A stretch of DNA of 64,000 nt from Phoronis australis. Lineage: Eukaryota; Animalia; Phoronida. The DNA lies in the NCBI GenBank assembly GCA_002633005.1, contig NMRA01000160.1:440277-504276 (forward strand), given 5' to 3'. Under the pieces are notes generated by a model. That model had not been told where the DNA came from. It saw only the letters and a program-made list of their open reading frames with translations, and searched no databases. Made by a program: the position numbers and the translations under genes. This document shows, one piece after another, positions 1-13,257 of this stretch (position 1 is its first letter; each line of letters begins with the position of its first letter).

Positions 1-349
1 CGAATCCATCCGAAAACGGCAGGATAGCGTCATCTCACTATTAGGTGCCTACATACCAAATTTCATGAAAATCCATTCAGGACTTTTGAAGATACAAAGG
101 TAAGCGTAAAAACCTAAAATTGCCACTAGGGGGAACACCGGTAGTCGGATCCGTCCGAAAGTTCGCACATGCCGTCCCATTCATGAATGGAACATATGTG
201 TCAAATTTCATGAACGTATGTCAAAGGGTTTTGGAGATAGAGCAGCGGACGCCGGACGCCGGACGCCGGACGGACGGACGGACGGACGGACGGACGGACA
301 GAGATGACGGCATAATGCGTCCACATATAAATATGTGGGCGCATAAAAA
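1..349 (+). mobile_element. 3' end of a pearl/HINE-like (non-autonomous Helentron-type) element
   Basis: Core repeat, then (ACGG)n at ~269-300, terminal hairpin ATGCGTCCACATA..TATGTGGGCGCAT (315-344) and an A-run. Confidence 0.65.
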
Positions 350-2105
350 TTGCCATTAGATGGCGCAGAATGCGTCAAGTCCATCTCGCTGGTTCCCTGC
401 GTACCGAGCCAGTAATGTTTAATAGCCGCGTGCTTGAAGCACACACATGTACAATAAACACGCCGTCATCTGGCCGGTTTACTAATGTGTTATTCCGGCT
501 GTATGAATACAGGACAGCAACGTAAACAAGTAAGCGACAGTAAGAAAGATGTACTCTGAAAAGGCGCAACCACAATTTTCTGGGATTCACATTTCTTGAA
601 CATGAATTTTAAACACCGATTTATCTGTACAACAGATCACATTTACACTTCTTCCATCAGTCATGGCAATTTGTTTGCGTAAAGCGCGGCCTGTTGAGAG
701 TTCGACTAACCAATCAGAAACGCCGGTGTAAAAATTTCCCGAGGAAAATTAAGTGACACCCGCGTGCTAGCCATCACCTAGCGGCACGCAGGGATCCAGC
801 GAGCAAAGGCATCCGAATTGGGAAGGAAGGTGCCGTCGTCTCTGTAAAGCACAACTATTACCAAAATTTCATGAAAACAAGCCAAGGAACTCCTAAGACA
901 AATGCAAACATACAATACACCTGACATTAGGGGGAACAGCTATTGTCCGATTCGTCTGAAACTCATCGTCATCTGTTGCCATCTCTATAGAAGCGGATCT
1001 GTCAAACTTCTCAACAATCCTTCAAAGGGTTAACTAAAGGAGATAAAACCGCAGATACAAAAAGCAAAATTGCCCCTAAAGGACCTCAGAAACAGCCAGA
1101 ATCTTCGCATCAGGATCCCAATCGTCATGGTTATAGTCGTCGTTTGAGTGACTTGTCAGAGACAGGCATCAAATACATGCTGATAAATTTTGAATGGCCA
1201 CCAGGTGAAGCATAAATCGTCCAGTCTGCCCGGAAATAAGAAGATGGTGCCGTGTCCCTAAAAGAAACCTATTTGCTGACTTTCATGAGAATATATTTAT
1301 GTACTCCGAAGAAACAAAAGTAAACTTAAAAACATTTAGCTTCTAGGGGGCGCAGTGGTATTTGGAATACCGTTTGTCGTCGGCTCCATTTGAACAGATT
1401 TTTCAAATTTCACAAAGCTCTTTCAAAGGGAGATTAGGCCTCCGACGCAAAAACACAAAATTACTACTGACAGTAGTTGGGCCCGTCGGAAAGTCGTATT
1501 TAGTCGTGGCCGAATCTATTTGTAAATGGGAAGACGTTTTCATCTCTTTAATAGAAACCTATTTGTCGAATTTCATGGAAATACATCTTTTAAATCTGAA
1601 GATACAGAGGCAAGCGTAAAAACATATTTTCCCCTAGGAGGCACTGTGGTTTTTGAATCTGTTCGACACTTGTTACAATTTGTCAACGGCTCAATAGGAT
1701 AAGAATACAGTACATCTTTCAAGTTTCATGAAGCTCCTTCGACGGGTTAAGAGATTCGGCCGCAAAAAGTGTCTACAAGGTGACGCAAAATTTGCCAAAT
1801 CCTTTCGAAAATGGAAGGTCGTCATCGCCTCAGTATTAAAAACCCATTTGCCGAATTTCATGAAAATCCCTCAGGTAACTCCGACGATACAGAGGCAATA
1901 ACGTAAAAAACTAAAATTGCCACTAGGTGCACAGCGGATTAAGATCGGTCCGAAACTCATCGTCATCAGTCGTCAGCCACATAGGAACGCACCTTCTAAA
2001 TTTCAATAAAATCCTGCAGGAGTTTAGGAGATACAGCCGCAGATGACAGACGCCCAGAGATGACGGCAATATGCACCCACATAAAAATTTGTGGGCGCAT
2101 AAAAA
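350..2105 (+). mobile_element. Pearl/HINE-like element with a degenerate tandem array of ~140-145 bp cores
   Basis: Recurring AAAATTGCCACTAG.. and AATTTCATGAAAAT motifs; same terminal hairpin at 2071-2100 plus AAAAA. Confidence 0.65.
385..803. mobile_element. MITE nested in a core repeat
   Basis: TIRs CTCGCTGGTTCCCTGCGTACCG / CGGCACGCAGGGATCCAGCGAG; imperfect 9-bp TSD CAAGTCCAT/CAAAGGCAT; removal restores the core motif TCCATCCGAA. Confidence 0.7.
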
Positions 2106-2893
2106 CAACCCCTCGAGAGTATCCCATAAATGAGGTGCAAGAACACATTAATTACTCCACAGCATACGTTAAAGGAAAATATTGAAAAGTTTGAAATTTT
2201 TCATTTAACATTAAATAAATCGACTAATTTTCATTCTCATTATCGAAACTGGTTCACACTTTTGTTTTCCAGGTAAATAAAATCGTCGATCGTTTCATGA
2301 TTCACGTGACCGTACGCTGATCTCGTGAACTACGTTCGTGTACGATATGGGTACTCTCAAGTCCACCAAAATAGTTATCAGAACGTTCGACCCAGTTTAA
2401 ATATCTTGCTTAAACGGGTTCGGGAAATGCGGAAACTGACAACTTTTACTAAAACATGCCCCTAACGAGAAAACGTCCAGGGTGTCCTTACGCAGTCTAC
2501 TTTTGTCGGTTCTGATTTTCGAAAAAGTACTGAGGACTATCTTGGTGTAGCAATGCCCATTTATGAAGTTTTATCTGTTTAAGTGGCAATAAACCCACCT
2601 TCCATCGCAAAAATATTTGATTTCGACCGCTTATTGTTAGGAATTTGGTCTCAATTTGTTCTTTCGGTCAAGTTAGAAACGATTCCAGGGTCTCAAGGAA
2701 TAACAAATTGTCAGCTCTTTGCAAACACGGCAATCATTTCTCACCATTTCTCACCTGACTAAGGAACTAAATCACACTAGTTCATAGTGACAAGTGGTCT
2801 GAATCAAAGGTTCACTTCTTGGAAACAACGCTGGTTTGTAGCCGCTGAAGTTCGCTCAGCGATCAAAGCAGAGCAATGTTACTTGACTTATCC

Positions 2894-3040
2894 TGGGCGG
2901 CGCACCATAGGGGGCTGGGGCCGGGGTTATAGCCTCCCACTTTTTCAGTGCTGCGCCGCCCACGGTCTATAGGCGGCGCACCACAGGGGGGCTAGGGGGC
3001 TTTAGCCCTCCCCCCATTTCTTTCAACGCTGCACCGCCCA
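2894..3040. repeat. Dimeric GC-rich hairpin element (second copy at 19860-20003)
   Basis: Two units each bounded by GGGCGGCGCA...TGCGCCGCCC, joined by a GGTCTAYAG spacer in both copies. Confidence 0.75.
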
Positions 3041-3362
3041 TGCTTATACTGTATCTCACATGAATTAAATTTCTGTAATTTTTCCTAGTAGATTGTGTGC
3101 AAATTACAACGTGTTCAGTGGCAAACGTAGGTAGCCCACGTACGTAAAGACCACCATATTACACGTAGGTACCTAGGGTATGACCCGAATTATTCAGATA
3201 CGGGAGAATTACTCAGTGGAACTCCCGCTCTACAGTTGATGTAAAAGGACGCTAGGTCTTCATATGATGTCGTATTTCTAGGAAGTACTTAGGTGATGGC
3301 CTTTAACAACCACCGCTGATTTAAAGTCTGCCGAAACGGAATAAGAAACTTGTCCAACTTAC

Positions 3363-3417
3363 TTTGTCCGGCAGCTGGGCAGACCAGAACTAAAACGAGG
3401 CCGATGGTGGGCCACAT
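3363..3417 (-). CDS. Probable signal-peptide exon (MWPTIGLVLVLVCPAAGQ) of a secreted or membrane protein gene continuing left of the window
   Basis: Strong acceptor TTTTTTATTCACAG at 3421, GTC-ATG, 18 codons with a hydrophobic core and AAG|Q cleavage-like site, perfect phase-1 GTAAGT donor. Confidence 0.6.
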
Positions 3418-4084
3418 GACCTGTGAATAAAAAACAAATGGTGGTCAAAGATTCACAACTAGTATGGTTGCAAATAAATGGTATTTTAATGTTCATCTTG
3501 GACGCGACTAAATTTTGTACAATAGACATATATACGGTAAAATTCTTAGTTATGGACACGTGAAAGCAGACGCAAAATTTCGTTTGGTCAAATTTCTCAA
3601 ATTTTTTTTTGGAAATTCTACTTTCTTACAAGGACAGTTTGTTGTAACAATGTTCGGTAAAACTTTAGAATATTTGCGTGGGAAATTCGCCACGTGATCT
3701 CGATATAACGGCTAGTAAACGCAAAAATCAGCTGAGTCAATCATTGGTATTCAGCTGCGTTACAAGCGATTAATGGGTTATTTTTTATTATTTTCACTTA
3801 ACATAATCCTTTTAATCGTTTAGATTGATCAGACTCGCTATCAGTGACCAAAAAGGTTAGTCGTCTGCCGATAGTTGTTAGGGCCATCGCAGATGAAGGG
3901 CTGTGTGCCTGGCCGGGAATGCCAATGAATTTAGTCCATAGCTAACGTCTACTGCAACATGGACCGCGAGGATTTTGTCAACAGTTGGATTTCTTCAGCT
4001 GGCAAACGTAAGTCCTCAAAGTCTGCGAGCGAGGTGAACTAACTATTGAGCCGATTGCCTTCGGTGGCTAGCGAAATTTGATTT

Positions 4085-5125
4085 AAGCAAGATACATTTG
4101 TTAGCTTCATCGGCTTTAAAAAGGCATTCGATTAGGTGGGCAGAGACTGTCTTCTGAAATTGCATGGTGTAATGTTGTTAAGAAGCTGTTTTTGTCATTA
4201 AATCCCTCCTCGTGAACACCCCGTTGTGTATTCGTCTGGATAGTATGAACACCGCTATCAATTGTTATCCAGCAACTAAGGGGGTGCATCGCTACTTTAT
4301 TTAAGCTAGCATCTTTGTGAATGGTCTCGCAACGGAACAAAGATGACAATGTAATGGAAGTAGACAACGAGTTGGAGATAACCAGATGCTATGTATGCTG
4401 ATAATTGCTTTGTTAGCTGAAAATGAGATTTTCTTGTAGATTTTGTTGAACAAAGTTCACCAGTTGCGTTAAAAGTGAAAATTACTGGTTAATGGAAGCA
4501 AAACAAATATTGTGCAATTTAAAGAAAACAATGGTTCCAGCTTTTAACTTTTTGTTTAAGCTTGCATATCGAGTTCTTAATTACAAGACAAAGTACAAAT
4601 ATCTGGGAGTGTTGTCTCTTAAGACCTGTTCACACTGGCAAACTCTGCCAAACTTTTGTTCTCAGGCACAGCCAAAGTTGGAGTTTGTTGATGCTCTGCT
4701 GAGTTTAGCAACTAGTCCACACTAGCAAACTAGGCCAAACTTTCCCTTACGGAGGCTACCGTTTTGAACACTGATAATCACATGCTTGCTTGTTAGTCAT
4801 TATTCACCAAAGTCCACCAAACGGTTTTCAGATTAATGTACATACTACTTTGGTCGTGTTTAGCAACCCATCCACACTGGCAAACTTCTGTTAGCAAACT
4901 CGAATTTGATCGAGTTTGCCAATATGGCCTGGCCTTTAATTTCGATGTTGGACTTAACACCGAGTGGGACTTGGTGCGCTATTCTCTGAGTTCAAACCTG
5001 TGGAGGGTATTAGTTTTAGTACTTTGAACACAATGTATACAATGGGTTTCTTATTGAAAGGTTGTGAGAAGATTCAAAACTGTGCCACAAGACGAGACAT
5101 TTTTGGGGGGGTTCACCACTTCAAA
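4085..5125 (+). mobile_element. Decayed non-LTR retrotransposon reverse transcriptase (L2/CR1-group-like), split by a MITE
   Basis: Frameshifted motifs in RT order: FIGFKKAFD*VGR, MYAD, IALLAENE..LLNKV, LLVNGSKTNIVQF, KYKYLGV; resumes after 4938 with LGALFSEFK..EKIQN..GVH. Confidence 0.85.
4622..4935. mobile_element. PIF/Harbinger-like MITE
   Basis: Imperfect TIRs AGACCTGTTCACACTGGCAAACTC / GAGTTTGCCAATATGGCCTGGCCT; TTA on both flanks; interrupts the LINE remnant. Confidence 0.7.
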
Positions 5126-5912
5126 GAGGGAACGTATAAATTATTTAAACATGTTTAAAATATGTCATTTTAATACATAAGTTGATCCAATCATTCACAT
5201 TGACCACATCAAATCCCGCCTCGCTGGTTGATTCTGCCCGTGTGCACTGCATTTACGCTACCTACAACTACCGGTCACTGAGCATACTGCCGCCATATTT
5301 GCGGATAAAGACGGCAAGAGTAAAATTTCACTCGAGGCACACAGCTCAGCTTGTTGGTACTCGTCTGCGGTAGCCTCAGGTAACCGGGTCAAGTTCGTCC
5401 CTTGTCATAACAGTCACAGGGCCTCTCAATCGTATTGTTCTCCTCAAGTAAGCTTAAAAATTACAATAAAAGCCTCTTTGGCCAGAGATGTGCCACTCTG
5501 CTCTTGTAACCGGGTGGGACACGTTAACGCAACAAAAGTAGGCGAGGTGTGTTGAATGTTTACTATGACTAAGAAAGGAAACGTACACCCTCCATTCAAG
5601 CCATGAAATCATTCACAGAATCGGATCATTGTCCATAGGAATTTGCTGAGGGGTTCTATACCGGTCTGAGAACTACGCGCAACAAAAATATTATTGCGAT
5701 TATGATCACAGTGACAGATACAAATTATGTGTTGTTAAACTGATGTTCATCGTTTCACTTGAAATTAATAGAAATACTTTCACAGTACATATTTGAATTG
5801 GAACACCAAAATGCAACAGTATAGGTGCTTTCATCGACTACCTAAAATGGGAACGTTTTAAGACTTGAGCGAAGGCTTGAATATTCGTACTAAAGACCGG
5901 AGTCGAAAACTG

Positions 5913-6208
5913 CAGGGGCGGATCCAGGATTTTGAGTTAGGGTGGCAGGGCACAGGAATAACCAGAATTGCAGCAGATGCGCGCGCCCAGCCTAAAATGT
6001 GGGGATGTAGGGGTCTCGAATTTTGGGTTTGTGGACCTGTTGACTAAAAAAAACGTAAACGGGTTTTGTTCAGGGCCTATGCATTGTTTATTCACCGCCC
6101 GAGCCCCACTGGTTGCGCACATGTGATAGCCAGTAATTCGCATCCGATGTCCCAAATGGTATCTGGTACAATTTTGGGGGGCATGCCCCCCCCCCAAATC
6201 CGCCACTG
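5913..6208. mobile_element. hAT-like MITE with 5-bp TSD AACTG
   Basis: CAGGGGCGGAT...ATCCGCCACTG; AACTG on both flanks. Confidence 0.75.
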
Positions 6209-7439
6209 AACTGTACTCGAATGATGCAGCATGCTCGGTCAAGTCACGTGGGTCCGAGTCCGGGCGGAGTAAGAGTGCCAAACTTACAACTTGGGCCTTG
6301 GTTATTCGCGCAGGCCTTAATTTAATTGTCAGGACATCAACGGATTAGCGTAATTTGTGTAATTGACATTTAAGTGGTGATTGAAGACTTGTTCATACAC
6401 CATTACTTTTACAAAGCTGTTTTGTGTATAACTGTATCACTCACCATTTGTTAATAGGCGGGGCTCGATATTAACGACTGGCTCTAGGAAAGGCAAACTT
6501 TGCACTGCTCAAGTGTTTATTTGTCAAACATGATTGCGCAACTCTGCGAATAGTTCCTGGCAATAAACTTCACATTCCACCGTTCCTTGTTATACCTTAA
6601 GTTTTAGGGCGTTCCGTTTTTTCTATCTTAATTGAAATTGAGTGTATTCAATTTGTCGCAGCGACTCTATGCGGAAACAAGTGATGCAAGTGTCACTACA
6701 CACTTGGGGCAAACAGGGCACTATAACTCAAGTACACGTGTAACGTCGTTAAACAATTGACTTTTAACATTTATATAAAACAAAACAACAAAGATTGTCC
6801 CTATTGGCCGGACCACCACACTGCCGTAACGTATCTTTACAGATGCAAAGTGATTTTAATTTTGAGAATCACATACATTGGTCGCGTGTACAAAATGTGT
6901 ACACAGGATGTCCCGCTCACTAGACTGTCGAGTTTTCACGTCCAGGATCGCTACCAAAGCTTACCTTTAGAATTCCAATTCCAGCGGAACGGATCACTCT
7001 TTAGGTTAGGAGCTCCATAAAAGGGCTTATGGTAACAAAACCACATGAAAGCTTCACAGTTCAAAGGGAAGTGCGGCGCTTTACACAATTTCCCATATTG
7101 CCATTCAGCCAATCAGACGCAATGTTTGGATTAAAGAATCGTTTTTTATTAATTTCGTTTTTTATGAATTGTATATGAAGGTTCAAAGTACGAGCAAGTA
7201 AAATATGCAAAATATACCGAAACTACTTTCAGAAAAGCAACATTAAACAATAATGGTTGACTCGGTGTTCACTTGTGGTGCTAAAGAAAAGAGCCCCCTC
7301 TTTTTAACAATATTCTCCATATCGAGGCTGTATACACTGGAAAGGTGTGTTTGTGAAGTGGTCACCAGCTGTTACTAAAACTTTCTGAAGCCAGTGCACT
7401 GTTTGAGTTCAAAGTCAGTCTAACGTTGAATTTGCTTAT

Positions 7440-7545
7440 CACTGAAAGGAAATTTTGGGATGAAGAGAATTTCAAGTGATTTTTAAATATTTTTCAGGGG
7501 AGAATGGGGCTGATATTTGGCCATAAAATTGAGGCATTGAGGACC
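7440..7545 (+). repeat. Dispersed short repeat family (also ~40560-40680, ~45085-45195, ~47100-47200)
   Basis: Shared TTTAAATATTTTTC..GGAGAATGGGGC..TTTGGCC..AAA.TGAGG motif. Confidence 0.6.
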
Positions 7546-8044
7546 CTGACTTACTACATGGTTAGGTGGTGCTTTAGTCGGGTGCAAAACGCATAATAAA
7601 TTTAGGAAGTCAGTTATTCTGGAAAATATTTCACCGACTCGTTTTACTGCCGAATACATAAAGTGAGCAGCTAGTTAGCGGGATTGGGGTTCTCCGGCGA
7701 GCAAGAATTCGCTACACCATGGACCGGCAGCTGTTACTATCCAAAGCTCGTCGAGATCACTTGCCCAAATTTGGTAGGAAGGAAATTGGAACGTGTTATG
7801 TGATCTCTACAAATTCACTAGAAAATAGCCGTGTACAAAAAATTAGCAAAAGCAACAAGATTTTTTTATCTAAGTGTGCTCCCCAATCACAAGTAATCAA
7901 ACAACACTGTCCAAATAACATGGAAGGTGTTATCGGGCATTCTTGATCCAGACCAACTCAATACCTGAGAAACTGAGAAAAGAGGCGGGCACACGAAAAA
8001 GCCTAGTCGAGACAACACCACTTTTGCCCAGTCATCATTTATAT

Positions 8045-8400
8045 TTAAGTAAACGACGCGACAAAATCAAAGTATTCACCTGGAAGGGCAAAATTGCCAT
8101 CACAGAAGATACCGGACTCGACGGGAAAGGCATTCTCTAGGTAATAGAATACGATAACGGATATGACAACATACCCACCCGATATGACAGGTGACGTCCC
8201 TACCAGTGGAAGAGCCACCCTGCGGCTGCCGGGGAGGATCGAGACGGCGGCATACCGAACAGTCAAGAATCCCCCCGGTTGGTCGAAGGCCGATTGGAAT
8301 GTTGAATTAGGGAATGTGGCATGGGATTCACCATTTACGGTGTAGCATGCATTCTTTCTGTTCCTCAAGTGAAAGATTTCACGCGGTACTAAGTGCTGTC
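8045..8400 (-). CDS. Candidate orphan gene, last coding exon (GQHLVPREIF...FDFVASFT*)
   Basis: TGTTGCAG acceptor; the only open frame is phase 1, matching the donor at 9960; GC-richer than its flanks; AATAAA on the minus strand at 7150-7145. Confidence 0.3.
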
Positions 8401-9959
8401 CTGCAACAGTCACTAGTGGAATGCTCCACGTGTGACGCTCTTGTACACAGAGTCTACTTACCCAGCCTTTGTAAGGGAGGCATTGGAAAGCTAATGTAAT
8501 ACTTGACTTCCTTACGCCGACTACACACTCATACAGGGTTTGAAAATTACTGTCGACTCATGTGCGTTTGGTCTTCCCGTACTTTGCCTCCACTGGCTTT
8601 TGTAGTGGCATTTTCTTATTTCATACTCAGACTACAGAATTCGTTTAGCCCTGAAGTTGGGTTTCCTATTGTAGTAACTCTTTTCAGGGTACGCTTAAAC
8701 TAGGCCTGAGTCACAAGGGTGTGCCGTCAATGGTTATGTAACGCGCCTCTATCGTCCTAGGTAGAAATGGAATCAGCTAAAGTGTCTTTGGGTTATTTGT
8801 ATAATAGACTAAGAATGGTATTCACTTCGGAGTATCAGCATTACAATTGAGAGAGACTTGGAGATCGAAAAGACATAGTATACACCCATTGCAAAAGTTA
8901 TGACTGTGAACAACGGTGCGAACAGAAACTAACAGTTACCCTATGTAAAATGCATTAGCACCCAATACAAGCTAATGCTCAGTGGGACCTGAGCTATGGG
9001 AAAACACTAGGCTATCTACCTTTCCATGTTAGTTCATTATTCAAAAATCACCACGTTTCAAATTGCACATCAGTGTTCTGTAAAAAGGTTTTTATGGAAG
9101 TTAAAGGGGCATTTCGCTGTTGAGTTGTTGAATTCGTAATAGACGCGCTTTGGGGTTTGAAAACATTACCACGGTTACAATTACATTGTTTTTTGGTCTA
9201 AATGATCAAAAACAATTTGTAAGATTAAAATCTAATTTCAGTGGCATAAATTATTGGGAGAACGGACACAGCAGGAAGGGATCCAACTCCACATATGACA
9301 CCTGTTTTGTTTTACACAACAATTCCAATCACTTTTTTAGCAAACATGTGTAACTTCTATCGCCATCAAACCGTAAAATAAAGTTCTGCATTTTACAAGT
9401 AAAAACAATTCATTACCTAGGCAACTGTTAACAAACACACGTATCACTAAAAATACAAGACAATGACGCCTCTTGCATGAATAAATTAATTAATTAAAAG
9501 TGCCAACACTTCTTTAACTATACAAAAAATCAACTTTCAATAAAGTTTCTTTACAGCAATCGAGCAAAACTGTGCAGTCATGGTACAAAGAAAAGTCCAA
9601 TATTATATGGCCTCTTAAAAGTCTCACTGAACACAATTGGGGTAATCACATTTATGAAATCGCTTTGAAGGCGTTCTCGCAGGAGTGATCGCATCCTGTC
9701 TCAACACGAATCTCGGGACAGTAAGTGGTGAAGTCGAAATTCTACAGATATTGGGATTGCAAGACAAACCCCAAACACAATTTGACAGACATCCTTGTTT
9801 ATCTTGGACGAATTGCTATAGAAATCAGCAATCAGTTTGGATAGATCCCCCGGGTTTTACCGCAACGCGATCATTCGACAGATACTACTGGGGAATACTA
9901 TTGTGAAACAATTGTCGATTTTCGAAATGATGTCAATGCAGAGCTAAAAATCAACTTAC

Positions 9960-10230
9960 CGCTGAGTTGTGTGACTCTAGTTACTTCCACAAAACCCTTG
10001 GTCAGCCTCTTCACCGCTACAGCGAGCGAGCGTGGTGCAGGAGGAAATGATTCAAGGCCACGCCTTACACGTTTCGCGACAGAGAATGCCTCACAAGGCG
10101 CAGTCCCTCTCAAAGGGTTATGTAAGACGGAGCTTTGAAAGAAAGTTGAGGGGCTGTACTTATGAATGGACTTTTGTTTGCACAGCCATCCTTTGAGAGA
10201 TTTCTTCTCTCGTAAAATATCGTTTGTCAT
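9960..10230 (-). CDS. Candidate orphan gene, first coding exon (MTNDILREKK...VTQLS)
   Basis: Acceptor CCTCTTCTAG 11 nt before ATC-ATG, only one open frame, perfect G|GTAAGT phase-1 donor. No family recognised. Confidence 0.35.
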
Positions 10231-13200
10231 GATGAAGGTGCCTAGAAGAGGTGCAACATTGAATCACCTAACGGCCCGCCCGTCTGGACACCTAGGAATT
10301 CTTTCCCATACACTGGTTTACAGGTTTACATTGAACAATTTTTATGACAGTAAGGGCACCAAGTTAAAGTGACCCAAAACCCAAGACTTATTTTTACCCC
10401 GGGATAATTCGACATTTCTGTTTGACGGGGTGGGCCGATATCCACTGACTGGTTTTAACTAGTTTTAGTGGTTAAAACCACTAGGTGGGGCTTCGGTTGT
10501 CACTACACATACTCGCATGGGGAACGATTGCATCAGTGTAGCAAATACACTCACCGGCAGGCCATTAACCTCCGTGTAAGAAAGTTACTGGACCATTCAC
10601 TACGTAAGCCAACAGTAGCGTTGGTAAGTCGGAGTGTTTGAAGGGCTTGATCGGATTCATAGAAAACTTTGAAATGACGGCAATTGACGATTCTCAAAAA
10701 CACTTAAAAGTTGTTTTGAAACTAGTCCAGTGAATTTTGGACGAAGGGCTATCAAAATATAATACTTTAACAAAAAAGTTGAATGCGTAGGCCTAAACCC
10801 AAAAAGAATAGGTTTGAAAACTGTCAACAACGAAATTTGCTCATGTTATTGATATCGTTGTTGTGCTTTCCACTCATCCTTCTCTTTGTCAAAAAAACAA
10901 CACTCGCCCTATCCAATCAATGGCAGATTGGAAAAAAGTTAAGAAAACCAGTAATTGTACAGGCTTTCTATTTTCAAAAAAAAAATACACTTCCTGGGTT
11001 AAAATCTATGGTTTAGTAGATATTTGACTGAAAACACAGACATGTTGACAACTCCTTGTACTTAAGAGCGGCTAGTCTGAGGAAGGAAGTTCTCTCGGCC
11101 TGTACTGCCATACGTGGCACCACAGAACGGCTAGAGTTCTATGGTGGCACGTAAGGGGGCGTGCAGTTCAGAGTTTTCAGGCCCCGCCCTTTTCACGTCA
11201 CTAGAGCCGACTCGATCTCTACTGATGCGCGTATCTTTTTCGATTTTTACAGTCTCTAGGAAGGGAACTTTTTGGTGATTTATGCAATGTAACTCCCCAG
11301 GAAAATGTCACATTTATCGAAGTTTATAGTATTTATTAAAAAACGATTAAGGGGGTTGGGTTTAGATACGCATTTTATGTAAAACCTATAAAAAGATGAT
11401 GAATGTCATGGAGAAATTTGCAATTTAGTATTGATGATGCAAGATTTCAACACATCGGTCTCTTTTCATGGTGTTCACTGATCTCTTAAAGGGAGAGTTT
11501 CGTCTTACCGCCTACCGTTAAATGTTGTATTCTAATTTGGCTGCGTCACATTCCGCGAATAGTTAAGGTCAGTACACCCAATGAGACTATGAAATAGTCA
11601 CTCGTCACACACGTGACACTTTTAATGCACTCTATTAGAGCTTGCGCCCCGACACCAGCCGCGAGAGTTTGTAATGAGAATTTGCAGTCATTTTGCTCGA
11701 CTGAGCTAGTCGAGAGTTGTAGTTTTCAAGTATAGCCTAATTTCATTGCTTCGTTTTCATGTTGTTCTTACTGTTCATCAACCGAGACTCTTGAGGTACG
11801 GTCCCATGCAATCATCGATTCCTCGGCAAAATTAGTCAAAAAACCGACAATTACACAGGTCATTCTTGATAATAATTCTGTATTCTATGGCCCAGCGTGG
11901 ATACCGGGAGTCAGTAGTTTGGCCTCTGATGTCGTTTCAACTCGTGTCGTAGAACCATTTCCAATACGCCAGGAGGTTTTAACAGGATATTTTGGGTGCT
12001 ATCACGTTATAGTAATCTATGAAAAGAAGTTGCATCTGGTCTAAATGAAAATTTTAGGCCCAAAAATGTTAATCTTAGTGCACTTGTGTGCGTTGATTTC
12101 TGAGAAGTAGGTCTACTGTTAATTGTAGTATTTACCTATACCCATGAAAAAAAATAAAAACTGAAAATTTTGCATTTTAAAAGAACCTAGTAGTACAGTC
12201 CTTTGTGTTGCTGACAGAGCAGTTTATTTACCGATAGCCCCGCTCTTTCCAGGTTTTTAATTTTTTCCACCATCCCGCCACACCATCTAAATGGTACTGT
12301 TGCAATTTTCCTCGCGACATAGCCATATTTGCCCGCTCGAATAAAGAACAACAACAAAAATGCAGCTGAGCATTTTTGGGAGTTACACCTCGGCAAAAAT
12401 CTCTGTAGGTGCGTGTTCGTGTGTTACAGCTAACACTTCACCCTTAATTCGTTTTGGCTTAGACCCAGATGTCCTAATTTTTATCCTGAAGTCCCGCTTT
12501 TCAATCCAGTTGTTCCATTGTTTTGTTGACCGTGACAACTATGCAATATGTGTTACAAATAACGTTATCTCTTTTTATGAATATCATTATTTTACAGAGT
12601 CATTATTTTACAGAGTCCGCGTTCTTAAGTAGCGTAACAATCGTAAAAATGTGTTTACAGTAACATACAGGCTGTATGTATCAGGATCACTACTACTTTT
12701 ACTTTCTGTAGAAAAGTGCTTATTTCTAAACTTTTATGGAAACTGCAAGCAACGTGAAGCTATCAACAGTACATTTCAAAGCCACCTGATAGATGTTTGC
12801 CATTCTTTATCCATCAGAAAACTTTTATCTGTTGCTAATTTCGTAAATGTCACTGCATTTTCATTTTTTCTTGAAGAATTTAATAGTATTAAACGGCACC
12901 GAAGGTCCAAATAATTACATTATATAGTGTATAATTTTGAATGAATTTCTGCCTAAATTATCCACAGCAAGTGTGAGGGATCCATATTCTAGAACCTTCG
13001 TCTTTATGGGGTAAGAAATCTTTTGAATCGTTAAAATTATTTCCCTAACCTCTCTGATTTATTTCCTTTTTATGTTACTCACACGCTGTTATTTTTTGCA
13101 TTTTGTTAACACTCTTGGTTTTCAGAATTTTGAACCAGTCAGGTATGCGAAATGATAATTATTAATGAATTAAGTTATTTATCTTTTGCTTCTGGTATCA

Positions 13201-13257
13201 TCATCGAGAATTAACAAATGGCTTTCTCATGATATCATGGCTCTTATGCAATTCGGT

